This document shows positions 10,544 through 21,734 of a DNA stretch of 64,000 nt, piece by piece; the first letter of the stretch is position 1; the number at the start of each line of letters is the position of its first letter. The stretch is from contig JAXLQJ010000013.1 of NCBI GenBank assembly GCA_046331705.1, positions 1 to 64,000 of the forward strand, read 5' to 3'. The notes beneath the pieces were generated by a model, which had not been told where the DNA came from, made no database searches, and was given only the letters and a program-made list of their open reading frames with translations. Origin of the DNA: a bacterium. GTDB lineage: Bacteria; JADJOY01. The translations under genes were made by a program, and so were the position numbers.

Positions 10544-12559
10544 ATGGAGACCAGCCGGCTGAAGAAGTCGCGCCCCAACGGCGCACCTCGGCGAGCGTCC
10601 CCCCTGGCTCGAAGGTCGGGTCAAGGCGACTGGCTCGCGGTTCTACTCGTGACGTGGACCGCCATCGCTCGCGCCGCGACGATCACCGTCACGAGCACGG
10701 CGGACGACTACGACCAGGGTCCGAACGGCAACTGCACGTTGCGCGAGGCGGTCATCGCCACCAACACCGACCTCTCCGTCGACGCATGTCCCGCGGGCTC
10801 GGGTGCCGACACGATCGACGTGCCAGCGGGGAGCTACGCGCTCTCGGTCTTCGGCATCTACGAGGACGCGGCGGCCCGAGGCGATCTGGACATCACGGCG
10901 CCGGTCACGATTCACGGCGCCGGAATGCGCGCGACCGTGATCGATGGGCGCGCATCCGATCACATCTTTCACCTGCTCGCGCCAGGCGGCCCGGTGACCC
11001 TCGCCGATCTCACCGTAACGAACGCGCTCGGCTCGGCGATCTGGAACGTCGGCGGCGATCTCACGTTGCTGCGCGTCCGGGTCGCCGATAGCTACGCCCC
11101 GGCCCCCTCTCCCAGTGGCGGTGGCGTGCTCAATCAGGGCGGGCATCTGGCGCTCGTCAACTGCACCGTCGAGGACAACTTCGCGGACTACTACGATGGC
11201 GGGGACGGCGGCGGGATCGAGAGCGACGAAGGCACGCTGTCGGTAACTGGCTCGCTGATCCGGCGCAATGGAGGCGCGAACGGCGGCGGGATCTCGATTC
11301 ACGGCGGCTCCGCGACCATCAGGAGCTCCACGATCGGATGCTTCGGCGACGTCCAGCCCTTCAGCTCCGCGTCGTTCGAGTGCGGCAACGCCGTCGGCTA
11401 CGACATCGGCTACCTCGGTGGCGGCATCTACGCGACTGGCGCAACGCTCGAGATCTCCGAGTCGAGGATCTCGGGGAACTTTGCGATCGTCGGTGGCGGC
11501 ATAGCGGTAGATTCCGGGGAACTGACGCTGACCGACTCAGCCGTCCAGGGAAACAGCGCGGACGATCCCTACTGCGGCATTCACCCGATCTACTTGTGCG
11601 GAGCCGGTGGCGGGCTGGCGATCAGCGGCGCCACGGCCACGATCGAGCGTTCGGTGCTCGCCGACAACGCGTCCGACGGTGGGGGCGGCATCTACGTTGG
11701 CAACTGGTTCGCGCCATCGCCGGTGGCCCCTTCGGTCCACATCACCCGGAGCGCGCTCGTCGCCAACTGGTACGAGGAGCTCTACGCCCAGGCGGGCAGC
11801 TCGGTGACGATCGAAGATTCGACGGTCGCTGCGTCGCCGATGCGATATGGGGCGATCGGCCTGGTGAGTGAAGGCGCGTCGATCGACATGGTCCGAAGCA
11901 CCTTGGGCGGACACCAGGAAGCGGAGCTGACGGGCGGCTTCTTCGGCGCGTCGGGCGCGATCACGCTCGCCTCGTCGGTTCTCGGAAGCGCGGATCCTGA
12001 CCAAGGCAGCGTGTGCGAGACGATCCCCGGGTACCAACCCGCCGTGACGTCGCTCGGCTACAACCTCATCGCGGACGCGAGTTGTGCGCTGTCGGACCCG
12101 ACCGACCTGGTGGCCGATCCCTTGCTCGGGCCGCTCATCGACTACGGCGGCGGCAGCCTCGCGCGGCCCATGCTCCCCGGCAGCCCCGCAATCGACTCGG
12201 GCGACCCGAACAACTGCCCAGCCTCCGACCAGCACGGCGCTCCCCGTCCCGTCGACGGTGACGGCGACGGCACCGCCGCTTGCGACCGTGGTGCCTTCGA
12301 GGTGCAGTGCAGCGGGCCGGACACCGACGGCGACGGCGTTCCCGACGCGTGCGACAACTGCGTAGAGATTGCCAACCCGAGCCAAGCCGACACCGACGGC
12401 GACGGTCTCCCCGACGACTGCGACAACTGCCCCGGGCTCGCGAATCCCGATCAGCTCGACTCGAACGGCAACGGGCTGGGTGACGCCTGCGAGGTGTTCC
12501 TCGACGGCTTCGAGTCGGGCAACACGCTCGCGTGGAGCGGGACGTCGAGTCCGCCATGA
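10544..12559 (+). CDS. CSLREA-domain beta-helix protein with choice-of-anchor Q and thrombospondin type-3 repeats (paralogue 1)
   Basis: TVTSTADD..GNCTLREA, GGGI repeats, GSPAIDSG..DQHGAPR..CDRGAFE, DTDGDGVPDACDNC. Start approximate. Confidence 0.85.
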   Translation: METSRLKKSRPNGAPRRASPLARRSGQGDWLAVLLVTWTAIARAATITVTSTADDYDQGPNGNCTLREAVIATNTDLSVDACPAGSGADTIDVPAGSYALSVFGIYEDAAARGDLDITAPVTIHGAGMRATVIDGRASDHIFHLLAPGGPVTLADLTVTNALGSAIWNVGGDLTLLRVRVADSYAPAPSPSGGGVLNQGGHLALVNCTVEDNFADYYDGGDGGGIESDEGTLSVTGSLIRRNGGANGGGISIHGGSATIRSSTIGCFGDVQPFSSASFECGNAVGYDIGYLGGGIYATGATLEISESRISGNFAIVGGGIAVDSGELTLTDSAVQGNSADDPYCGIHPIYLCGAGGGLAISGATATIERSVLADNASDGGGGIYVGNWFAPSPVAPSVHITRSALVANWYEELYAQAGSSVTIEDSTVAASPMRYGAIGLVSEGASIDMVRSTLGGHQEAELTGGFFGASGAITLASSVLGSADPDQGSVCETIPGYQPAVTSLGYNLIADASCALSDPTDLVADPLLGPLIDYGGGSLARPMLPGSPAIDSGDPNNCPASDQHGAPRPVDGDGDGTAACDRGAFEVQCSGPDTDGDGVPDACDNCVEIANPSQADTDGDGLPDDCDNCPGLANPDQLDSNGNGLGDACEVFLDGFESGNTLAWSGTSSPP

Positions 12560-14082
12560 ACGCGTGGAGACGTGCGGCGCTCGTTGCCACCTGGATGTGC
12601 GCCGCCTCGGCCGCGCGCGCCACAACGATCCCCGTCGATAGCACCGCGGACGATTACGACCAGGGCCCGAACGGCAATTGCACGCTGCGCGAGGCGGTGC
12701 TCTCGGCGAATCAGGACGCGCCGGTCGACGCGTGCCCCGCCGGATCAGGCGCCGACACGATCGCGCTGCCGGCCGGCACCTACCGCCTGACGATCCCGGC
12801 GGAGAACTACGAGCGCGAAGGCAAGACAGGCGGCTTGGTGCTGGAGGAAGACGTCGAGATCCTGGGCGCGGGGCGCGATGAAACCGTGATCGATGCCGAA
12901 GGAATCGCCACGGCGATCAGGCAGTCCCCCTATTCCTCGTTCCACCTCGACGACCTGCTCATCGACGGTCTCACCATCTCGCACGGAGTGCCATACGCGC
13001 TCGAGATCCGGGACGGAGCGGTGACGCTCATTCACGCCGCCTTCCGCGACAACGGTAGCTACCAGGTTGGCGGCGGACTCGACATCAGCGGTAGCGGTCT
13101 CATGATCGAGGACTGCGAGCTGACCGGAAACCACGGGCCGAACGGTGGCGCCATGTGGGCCGTCGGACCCGTCACGATCCGCGACACGCTCTTCGCGCGG
13201 AACGAAGCCTTCCTCACCGGAGGAGCGATCTACGTCAGCTCCGGCACGGTATTCCTGTCCCGTGCCGTGGTGCGCGATAGCACCGCCTACTGGGGCGGAG
13301 CGGTGTGGGCCGCACCCGGAACTGCCCTGATCGCCGAGCAGAGCTCGCTCGTCGACAACCACGCCGCCGCAGAGGGGGGCGGGCTCCTGGTGGGCGGGAC
13401 CGTCGCGCTCACCAACGTCACGCTGGCCGGCAATTCCGCGATCGAGGACGGCGGAGCGCTCGCGACCAGCGGCGGCGCGCAGGTGACCCTCACGAACGTC
13501 ACCCTCGCGGACAACGACGCCCCGCAAGGAAGCGCCATCTCGACGCTCGCGTCCATCGCGCAAATCGACCCCATCCTGCTCGTGAACTCGATCGTCGCCG
13601 GCGAGTGCGTGCAGAGCGCGGGGCCGCCCGTCATCTTCAGCCAAGGCGGAAACCTCGAGAGCCCGGGAGACACCTGCGGCTTCGCGCTCGAAAGCGACCT
13701 CGTGCGCGTCTCCGACCCGGGGCTCGGCTCGCTCGGCGATCACGGCGGAACGGTGCCCACCGTTGCGCTCCTCGCCGGCAGCCCCGCGATCGACTCCGCT
13801 GTCGAGTCGGCCTGTCCCGACACGGACGCTCGCGGTGTGCCGCGACCGCAATCCGGGTCGAGCAACGGCGGCGAGCCGCACTGCGATCGCGGCGCGTACG
13901 AAGCGTGCCTCGGCCCCGATTCCGACAGCGACGGCATCCCCGATGCCTGCGACGACTGCGCCGCCGTCGCCGATCCGGATCAACAGGACTCGAATTGGAA
14001 CGGCATCGGAGATGCGTGCGAGCTCTTCGTCGACGATTTCGAATGGGGCGACACGTCGGCCTGGTCGCAGGTGAGACCGTGA
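12556..14082 (+). CDS. CSLREA-domain beta-helix protein with choice-of-anchor Q and TSP3 repeats (paralogue 2)
   Basis: ATGA overlap with the upstream stop; signal peptide; NCTLREA; GSPAID; CDRGAYE; DSDSDGIPDACD. Confidence 0.85.
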   Translation: MNAWRRAALVATWMCAASAARATTIPVDSTADDYDQGPNGNCTLREAVLSANQDAPVDACPAGSGADTIALPAGTYRLTIPAENYEREGKTGGLVLEEDVEILGAGRDETVIDAEGIATAIRQSPYSSFHLDDLLIDGLTISHGVPYALEIRDGAVTLIHAAFRDNGSYQVGGGLDISGSGLMIEDCELTGNHGPNGGAMWAVGPVTIRDTLFARNEAFLTGGAIYVSSGTVFLSRAVVRDSTAYWGGAVWAAPGTALIAEQSSLVDNHAAAEGGGLLVGGTVALTNVTLAGNSAIEDGGALATSGGAQVTLTNVTLADNDAPQGSAISTLASIAQIDPILLVNSIVAGECVQSAGPPVIFSQGGNLESPGDTCGFALESDLVRVSDPGLGSLGDHGGTVPTVALLAGSPAIDSAVESACPDTDARGVPRPQSGSSNGGEPHCDRGAYEACLGPDSDSDGIPDACDDCAAVADPDQQDSNWNGIGDACELFVDDFEWGDTSAWSQVRP

Positions 14083-16883
14083 AGCACCTCGCGGCCCGAT
14101 CGCGGTGGCCCCGGCTCGCTTCGCAGCGCGTGGGCCGCCGGCATCGGTGGCTGCATTGGCCGCTGCATTGGCCGTCACTGCCAATGGTGAGCTTGCTGCT
14201 GGCACTCCCTCTCGCGAGCGCCGCTCGCGCCGCCCAGCCTGCCCCGTTCTGGGTGCAAGAGACTCCACCACACAACGTCCACATGGGCGGGTGGCTCGCA
14301 GGCTTCGACCCCGTGGGAAGAAACGTGTGGGTGAACGGGCAGGTGCCGAGCTACGGCAGCGACGGTTGGCGCTGGGACGGCACCGACTGGACCTACAGCT
14401 CGGACAGCGGATCTTCCGTGCCCGTGGGGCAGATGGCGTTCGATCCGACGTCCGTACGCCTGCTTCGGTTTGGCTCCAACTACTACAACGGCAACCGGCT
14501 CGAGACCTGGCGGCTGAGCGGTGGAGGGTGGGGAAAGTTGAGCGCACCCCATCAGCCCTCCGATTCGCGTGGGCTCATGGTGTCGGACCCAGCGCGAGGA
14601 AGCGTCGTCTTTCTCACCCAGCCGACCAACGCCGCCGGGTCGACATACCTATGGGACGGCGAGGACTGGCATCTGGCGACCCCGATGCACACGCCACCGG
14701 CTGGCTACGTCGGTCACGCCGATTTCGACCCTACGATCGGCAAGGTGGTGGCGCCCTTGAGCCCTCCGAGCACGGGGCCCGTCGAGCTCTGGGCGTGGGA
14801 CGGCACGGACTGGGCTCGTCTCGAGACCGCGCACGATGGCCCTTCGCACCCGGTCTCCTGCTGGCAGTTCGTTCCCGCCATCGGCGGCATGGTCGCATTC
14901 GCCGGCGACACGTGGACGTTCGCGGGGAACGACTGGCAACCGCAACCATCAATGCTGAGCCCGCCTCTCGCGAGCAAGTTCTGCGCGTACGATCCACCGC
15001 GCGCGTCGTTGATGATGCACGACGGGACCGATACCTGGACCTATCACGCGCCAGCCAGTGCTTTCGACTGGACGCCACAAACGCCGAGCCATGCGCCGCC
15101 GCCGCGCTCGCGCGCCGCGGTAGCGTTCGACTTCCGCGCGCAACGGCCGCTCGTCTTCGGCGGGCTCGGGCGCTCGGGCCCCCTCGACGACCTGTGGACG
15201 TGGAACGGCTCGCGTTGGGAGGAAACATCGCCGTTGCATCGCCCCGCACCGCGTTCCGGGGCGTCGTTCGTCCATCACCCGATGCGCCGCCAGCTCGTGC
15301 TCTTCGGTGGGGTCGGCCGGCGCTACTTCGACGACACGTGGACGTGGGACGGCTCCGACTGGCGAGCCGAAGATCCGCCTCTCGGCCCATCGCCTCGCGC
15401 CGGCGCCGCGATGGCGCTCGACGAGGTCCGCTCGAAAGTGCTGCTCTTCGGCGGTCAGGACGGCGGCGGTCCCCTCGATGACACGTGGCGCTGGGACGGC
15501 GTGCTGTGGACGCAGGAGCAGTCCATCCACCGCCCGCCGGCACGCAGCGACGCGAGCCTGATCGTGGATCCCGCGACCGGCGACCTTCTCCTCTTCGGCG
15601 GCGCCGGCGCCGACGGGCCGCTCGCCGACACCTGGACCTGGAACGGGAAGGACTGGACCCCGCGCGCACCGGCTCACTCACCCGCGCCGCGCTCCGGCGC
15701 GGCGATCGCGTTCCACGCGGCGTTGGGCAACGTGGTGCTCTTCGGCGGCGACGATGGCACCGGGGATGGGCTCGACGATACCTGGGCCTGGATCGACGGC
15801 GACTGGGTGCCGATCGAAACGGCCACGACCCCGCCGCCGCGCCACCGGAGCCACCGTGGCCTTCGATTTCAAGCGGGCGAGCATCGTGCTCTTCGGCGGT
15901 CGCGCCGGCGGCACCGTGCTCGGCGACACCTGGATCGGCGGACTGCTCGTGGGGCAGGACAGCACGCCGCCGCTGGTGGCGGTGGAGCAGCCACCCGCCC
16001 CGGCAGACGGGCAAGGCAGCTGGCTCAACGCGAGTGGTGATCTGTCGGCGCCTCGGCGGCCACGTCACGTTGCGGGTGACGGCGTCTGACCCGAGCGAAG
16101 TCGCAGACCTCGACTGCACCGATGGCGGGCGAGGCGATCGCGCTCGCCAACGAAGATGGTACCGATCACACGGCCGAGCTCGTGATCGGCTCGCAGGGCG
16201 AGCACGAGCTCGCGTGCCTGGCCACCGACGGCGCCTTGCCACCCGCTCCGGCGCGTTCGACGGATCGCCGAACGCGGTCGTTCCAGATCGACAGCGTTCC
16301 GCCGTCACTGGCGCCGATCGTCTCGGGCACCGGAGCCAGCGGCATGGTGGCTACTCTACGGAACGGCCAGCGTCAGTCGAACGCCTCCGATCCCACGCCA
16401 GGCTCCGGCGTCGATCCGACCGCAACGGTCTGCAGCACGCTGGAGACGTCGAGCCCGGGAACGCATACGGTCACCTGCACGGCGCGGGACACGGCGCGGA
16501 ACGTGAGCTCTCAGACCGCGAGCTATGTGGTGTCCACCGCGCTTGCCCATCTCACCGCGCGCTTCACCGCACCGCCGCCGAGCTCCCAAGTCCGGGCGCG
16601 GTCCACCGTGACGATCGGCGTCAAGCTCCTCGGCGCCAACGGTGCGCGAATCAAGGACGTCGACGGCAAGGCGATCGCCAGCGCCTGCCAGCTCACGGTG
16701 TCGGCGAAGCGCGTGCAGACGCTCGCGCCGTCGTGCATGACGTACGATCCGTCGCGCGACGAATTTCGTTACCCCTGGAAGCTCGGACGAGAGACCGGTG
16801 GCGCGACACTCACCGCGACGATGTCCTACCCCGGCACCACGGACACGACGGTCATCTCGGAGAGCATCGCGATCGTGAAGTGA
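14079..16883 (+). CDS. Secreted Kelch-like beta-propeller protein with C-terminal Ig/PxKF-like domains; frameshifts near 15845 and 16040-16125
   Basis: GTGA overlap start; about 48-aa repeats PPxR..A.D..LLFGG..DTWTWDG; reading continues in ORFs 15754..16089 and 16122..16883. Confidence 0.7.
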
Positions 16884-17175
16884 GTTGGGCGCGGCTTCCT
16901 GGCGACGGATCGCCCCGAGGGCCACGCGACCGGCGACGCCCGCTCGACCACGCCCAGCCACGGCGCTCACGCCGCCGTCAGGAACTCCGCGGTGCTGTTG
17001 ATCGTTGCGGCGACCAGTGCGCTCGACGCCGAGCCCCGAGCGGTGGTTCAGCGGCAGCGCGACGTGTAGCTGATGACGACTTGAATCGATCCGGCTGCTC
17101 GGCGACGACCGCGAGCCGCCTCGGGGAGCGTCAATCGGCGACGGGCGCCCAGGTCGGCCAACGTCGTCGCGTTCC

Positions 17176-17224
17176 GCGAGGAGCCTGGCGCGGTGCGAAG
17201 CACAACGCGCAGCAGGCTCCTCGT
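17176..17224. other. Long GC-rich intergenic stem-loop
   Basis: CGAGGAGCCTG / CAGGCTCCTCG perfect 11-bp arms enclose GCGCG/CGCGC and GTGC-GAA-GCAC. Confidence 0.6.
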
Positions 17225-17600
17225 GCGAGCACCCAGAGCCCGAGACCGTTGTCGGTGGCACCGTCTGCCGGGGCACGGTCTGCCTGCTGACGGCCTGACT
17301 CGGTGTCACACCTCATTGCAATCCGCGCCGATCGCAGCACGGGTCCGCCGCCTCGACCCTGTACCGAGCCCGTGCACTGCCGCGCTCTGCCGCGCGGTGC
17401 GCGGCCATGGTTCGCCAAATGGCGACCGAGGTGTCCTGGCGGTGAGTACGAAAGTTTCCGCTGGCCACCCGATCGGCGCGCGCGACTCGTGAAAGGCTGA
17501 GGAGGATCCACGCGATCGATTCGTGCCAGCACCGGCCGGATCTTGCGTTTCGACGGGATCCGTCTCGACTTCTGCCGCAAGCGCGGCCGGACACGCCTAC

Positions 17601-19608
17601 ATGCCGAGCGACCTCGCAAAGCAGGTGCGCGTCACCGCCGTACGTCGGCGAGCATCACAGTCGCGTGCGGGATCGCCTCGAATCGGTTGTCTCGCTGCCC
17701 TCGCGCTCGTGTCGGCGGTGGCGGCACGTGCCGCGACGATCCCCGTGACGAGCACTGCCGACGACTACGACGAAGGTCCCAACGGCAACTGCGCTTCGCG
17801 AGGCGGTGATCGCGGCCAACTCCGACATGACCGTCGATGCGTGCCCCCGCGGGAGCGAGACCGACACGATCGAGCTGCCTGCCGGAACCTACGCGCTCTC
17901 GGTCTACGGCACCGACGAGGATGCGACCGCCACAGGAGATCTCGACGTCACGAGCCCGCTCGCGATCCACGGAGCTGGAATGCACGCGAGCGTGATCGAT
18001 GGGCTCGCTTCCGATCACGCCTTCCACGTGCTCGCGCCAGGCGGCCCGGTGACGCTCACCGACCTCACCGCAACGAACGCGCTCGGGGCGGCGATCTGGA
18101 ACGTGGACGCCGCCCTCACCTTGCTTCGCGTTCGCGTCGCCAACAGCGCGCTCGCCCTCCCTCCCTCGCCCGCAGGCGGCGGCGTGCGCAACCAGGGCGG
18201 GCATCTGGCGCTCGTCGGCTGCACCGTCGAGGACACCTTCGCCCTCGACGGTGCAGATGGCGGCGGGATCGCGAGCGAAGATGGCACGCTGTCGGTGACC
18301 GGGTCGGTCATCCGGCGAAACTGGGCATCGAACGGCGGTGGAATCTCGATCCACGGCGGCTCCGCGACGATCGCGAGCTCGACGATCGGATGCTTCGGGG
18401 ACGACGATCCCTACGGCTCCGGCGTGGTCGAGTGCGGCAACGGCATCCAGATCGTGGACGGTACTTTCGGCGGAGGGATCTACGCGACCGGCGCGACGCT
18501 CGAGATCTCGCACACGAGGGTCTCGGGGAACACCGCCGCCGTCGGTGGCGGAGTCGCGATGGAGTCCGGGGAGCTGACGCTGACGGACTCCGTGATCCAG
18601 GGAAACGTTGCCGTTTTTCCGGATTGCCACCTTCCCGCGTACCTCTGTGGAGCTGGCGGCGGGCTGGCCATCAGCGGCGGCACGGCCACGATCGAGCGTT
18701 CGACCCTCACCGACAACCATTCCGATGGTGGAGGCGGAATCTACGTCGGCGACTGGTGGTTCGCACCGCCGCCGCTCGTGTCCCCGTCCGTCCATCTCTC
18801 CCACAGCGCGCTCGTCGCCAACCGGGACCAAGAGATCTACGCCCAAGCGGGCTCGCTGACGATCGAGGATTCGACGGTCGCTGCGTCGCCGACGCGATAT
18901 GGGGCGATCGGCCTGATGAGTGAAGGTGCCTTGATCGACGTGGCGCGAAGCACGCTGGGCGGACACCGAGGGTCGGAGCTCACCGGCAGCCCCTTCGGCG
19001 CCTCGGGTCCGATCACCGTCGCCGCGTCGGTTCTCGGCAGCGCGGATCCAGACCAGGGCCCCGTGTGCGAAGCAACCCCCGGGTACGAACCCGCGGTGAC
19101 GTCGCTCGGCCACAACCTCGCCGTCGATGCGTCATGCGCGCTCGCGGACGCAACCGATCTGGTGGGCGATCCCTTGCTCGGGCCACTCGGCGACTACGGC
19201 GCCGGGAGCCTCGCGCGCCCCCTGCTCCCTGACAGCCCCGCGATCGACTCGGGTGACCCGAGCGATTGCCCTGCCACCGACCAGCGCGGCGCTCCCCGTC
19301 CCGTCGACGGTGACGGCGATGGCACCGCCGCTGACCGCAGCGCCTTCGAGGTGCAGTGCAGCGGACCGGACACCGACGGCGACGGCACTCCCGATGCCTG
19401 CGACAACTGCGTGGACGTCGCCAACCCGAGCCAATCCGACTCGGACGGCGACGGGCTCGCCGACGCCTGCGACAACTGTCCCCAGCTCGCGAACCCAGAC
19501 CAGCTCGACTCGAACGGCAACGACTGGGGCGACGCCTGCGAAGTGTTTCTCGACGGCTTCGACTCGGGCAACACGAACGCGTGGAGTGGGACCTCGGCTC
19601 GACCATGA
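17601..19608 (+). CDS. CSLREA-domain protein (paralogue 3, close copy of paralogue 1); frameshift near 17793
   Basis: Signal peptide and TIPVTSTADDYDEGPNGNC are in one frame; the rest is in ORF 17806..19608. Long stretches are near-identical to 10544..12559. Confidence 0.8.
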
Positions 19609-19720
19609 ACACGTGGGGTCGTGCGGCACTCGTCGCGGGCGGGAGGATCGCCGCCGTATCTGCGCACGCCGCAACGATCACGGTCACGAGCACCGCCGAC
19701 GATCACGGCCAAGAACCCGA
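19605..19720 (+). pseudogene. Truncated 5' remnant of a fourth CSLREA gene (copy of the paralogue 2 start)
   Basis: MNTWGRAALVAGGRIAAVSAHAATITVTSTADDHG matches MNAWRRAALVATWMCAASAARATTIPVDSTADDYD; same ATGA coupling; similarity ends abruptly. Confidence 0.75.
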
Positions 19721-19732
19721 ACGCGTGTCTCG

Positions 19733-20164
19733 TCAGCCGCGCGAACGCCGCTTCAGTGCTCGGGGCGGGGTCGTGCCAGCGTCGCCGCTCGGCGACTCGC
19801 CCGCGAGCCACTGCTTCACGAGTTTCTTCGGCGCGATCGCTCGGTAGCTCTCCTCGATCCATTCCTGAATCAGCTCGACGGGCACCCGTTCGCCGGCGGT
19901 GAAGCGCGCGCTCACCCAATTGCTCTTACCGAGGCCGTAGCCGGTCGGGGACGCGAAGGGCAGGAGCAGCGCGGGGCCAGCGGAGTCGGGGAGCTTCACG
20001 GAGACCGAGAGGCCGCCGTCCTCGCTCGCGAGAAACACGAACACCTTGCCGCGGACCTTGATGGCCGCGTGCCCCCACGGGTTGTCCTCGTGGGCCTGGG
20101 GAAGACCGAGAGCGTGGCAGCGCAGTGCGTCGCCTTCGACCGTGAGCGGCGGGTTCGCGGGCAT
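19733..20164 (-). CDS. MmcQ/YjbR family protein
   Basis: PWG..KVRGKVF, GYGLGKSNWV, WIEESYR. Confidence 0.85.
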   Translation of the reverse strand: MPANPPLTVEGDALRCHALGLPQAHEDNPWGHAAIKVRGKVFVFLASEDGGLSVSVKLPDSAGPALLLPFASPTGYGLGKSNWVSARFTAGERVPVELIQEWIEESYRAIAPKKLVKQWLAGESPSGDAGTTPPRALKRRSRG

Positions 20165-20299
20165 GCTTTCCGAGGTGGCGAGATCCGAATCGTGGGTCGT
20201 GGATGGCCGGGGGCGGCAAAGCCGTCCGCGCGTTGGCCAGCGCGGCGCGGCGGGACGACGCGCTCGGCCGGTGCCGCGAGCACAGCAGGCGGCGCGCGC

Positions 20300-21517
20300 T
20301 CAGCGTGCCGTGCCGCGCGCGGCACGGCGTCGGATCGCCAGCACGAACGCAGCGGCCGGCACGAGGTACATGCCGAGATCGATCGACGGTGATCCGCCGC
20401 GCATCCCGCGACCATCGCCGACCGCCGCCTGCACCTGCGGCCCCACGCACGCGCCCGGCGTCGCGGGATCGCAATCGTCGTCGATCCCGTTCCCCGGCAG
20501 CTCCGTTGCACCCGGGTACACGGCTCCGTTCGTGTCGTCGCAATCGAGCTCGAAGCCGGCGGGGCAATCCGGCGAGGCCGGGCTGCCGTAGCCGTCGCCG
20601 TCGGCGTCGTGGCACGCCACCGGGAAGCCATTGAGCGCGTCGACCGTGTCCAGGAGATCTCCCACCTCGTAGAAATCGACGTGCACGAAGTTGGGGGTCT
20701 TGCCGTAGAGCGCGGCGCACTCGCGCGCCTTGTCGAGCAGGAACGGGTTGGTGTTGGCCTGGGCCGCGAGAGCGGTGGTACCGCCGCCCACCAGCGTTTC
20801 GAGGCGGTGATTCAGCCAGAAGAGCGCGTTGGTCGCGCTGCCGCCGTCGATCGCGCAGTCGAGGTCGCTGAGCTGATAGGTGTCCCAGGTGGTGTCGAAG
20901 CCGTGGCGGAACTTGAACATGTACCAGGGGTGCGTCGTCTCCTCGTCGTCGTTCGAGAAGACCAACAGCCGCTCGCCGGCATCGATCAGCTCGCCCAGTG
21001 TCGGCCACTCGCCACCCGGATGCGCGTAGAGGTAGTCGCTCGACGGGCTCGCGCTGTCGAGAAGGCCGGCCGCCTCGAAGACCGAGCCCGCTTGATCCGC
21101 GGTCACGAACGAGTCGAGGTAGATCGTGACGACCTCTTGCGGGTGGGCGTCGAGGAAGGTCTTGATCTCGGCGAGCCCCTCCACCGCCGGCTTGTTCGCG
21201 AGCACGCACACGCCGTGGCAGAGCGCGATCTCGCCGTCGTACTCCCAGAAGTCGAGCTCGAGCCCGCGCACGCCGCCTTCGAGCTGCTGCGTGATGGTCT
21301 GCGATTGGCTCGCGTTGATCGTGTAGCCCTCGGTGGTGTTCGCGTGCGAGTTGTGGGTGCTCGGGAAGGTCACCTCGTCGTAGCGGCGGCCGCAGAGCTC
21401 CGCGCGGCCGTTGCACACGGTGGCGGCGTGCGCGCCGGGCGCGGCAGCGAAGACGAGTGTGCCGGCCAGCGCGGCGCGCGAAGCGAGCCGAGAGAATCCG
21501 TGAAGGGCGTCGGACAT
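20300..21517 (-). CDS. Secreted PI-PLC-like phosphodiesterase with MopE-like metal-binding repeat and C-terminal TM anchor
   Basis: THNSHA, QQLEGGVRGLELD, HPQEVVTIYLD; DADGDGYG..DCDD..VYPGATE..NGIDDDCD; hydrophobic tail followed by RRR. Confidence 0.8.
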   Translation of the reverse strand: MSDALHGFSRLASRAALAGTLVFAAAPGAHAATVCNGRAELCGRRYDEVTFPSTHNSHANTTEGYTINASQSQTITQQLEGGVRGLELDFWEYDGEIALCHGVCVLANKPAVEGLAEIKTFLDAHPQEVVTIYLDSFVTADQAGSVFEAAGLLDSASPSSDYLYAHPGGEWPTLGELIDAGERLLVFSNDDEETTHPWYMFKFRHGFDTTWDTYQLSDLDCAIDGGSATNALFWLNHRLETLVGGGTTALAAQANTNPFLLDKARECAALYGKTPNFVHVDFYEVGDLLDTVDALNGFPVACHDADGDGYGSPASPDCPAGFELDCDDTNGAVYPGATELPGNGIDDDCDPATPGACVGPQVQAAVGDGRGMRGGSPSIDLGMYLVPAAAFVLAIRRRAARGTAR

Positions 21518-21734
21518 GGCACTCCCTTGTGCTTTCGCCGTGCGGGGGGGGAAGCGCCGATGCTAGCGAGCGACGCGTCGCGTGCGCAATCGCACGGAAC
21601 CCGCACGGGACCCGCCGCGAGCGTCCGAAGCGATCGGCGTTCCCCAACCCGTCGACGCGGACGGGACGTCGGTCGCTCTGCCGGTCGAAAGGAACGACGT
21701 CCGCTCGGCTCGCGAGTCGGCGTCGCTCGCCGAT

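Noticed and set aside
15060-15940. Periodic ~145-bp repeats resembling an array
   Set aside because: They are coding Kelch-like repeats, not CRISPR; there are no identical direct repeats with spacers and no cas genes.
17176-17224. GAGGAGC..CAGGCTC words as an SAH riboswitch
   Set aside because: The words simply pair with each other in a hairpin, and the downstream gene is unrelated to SAM/SAH metabolism.
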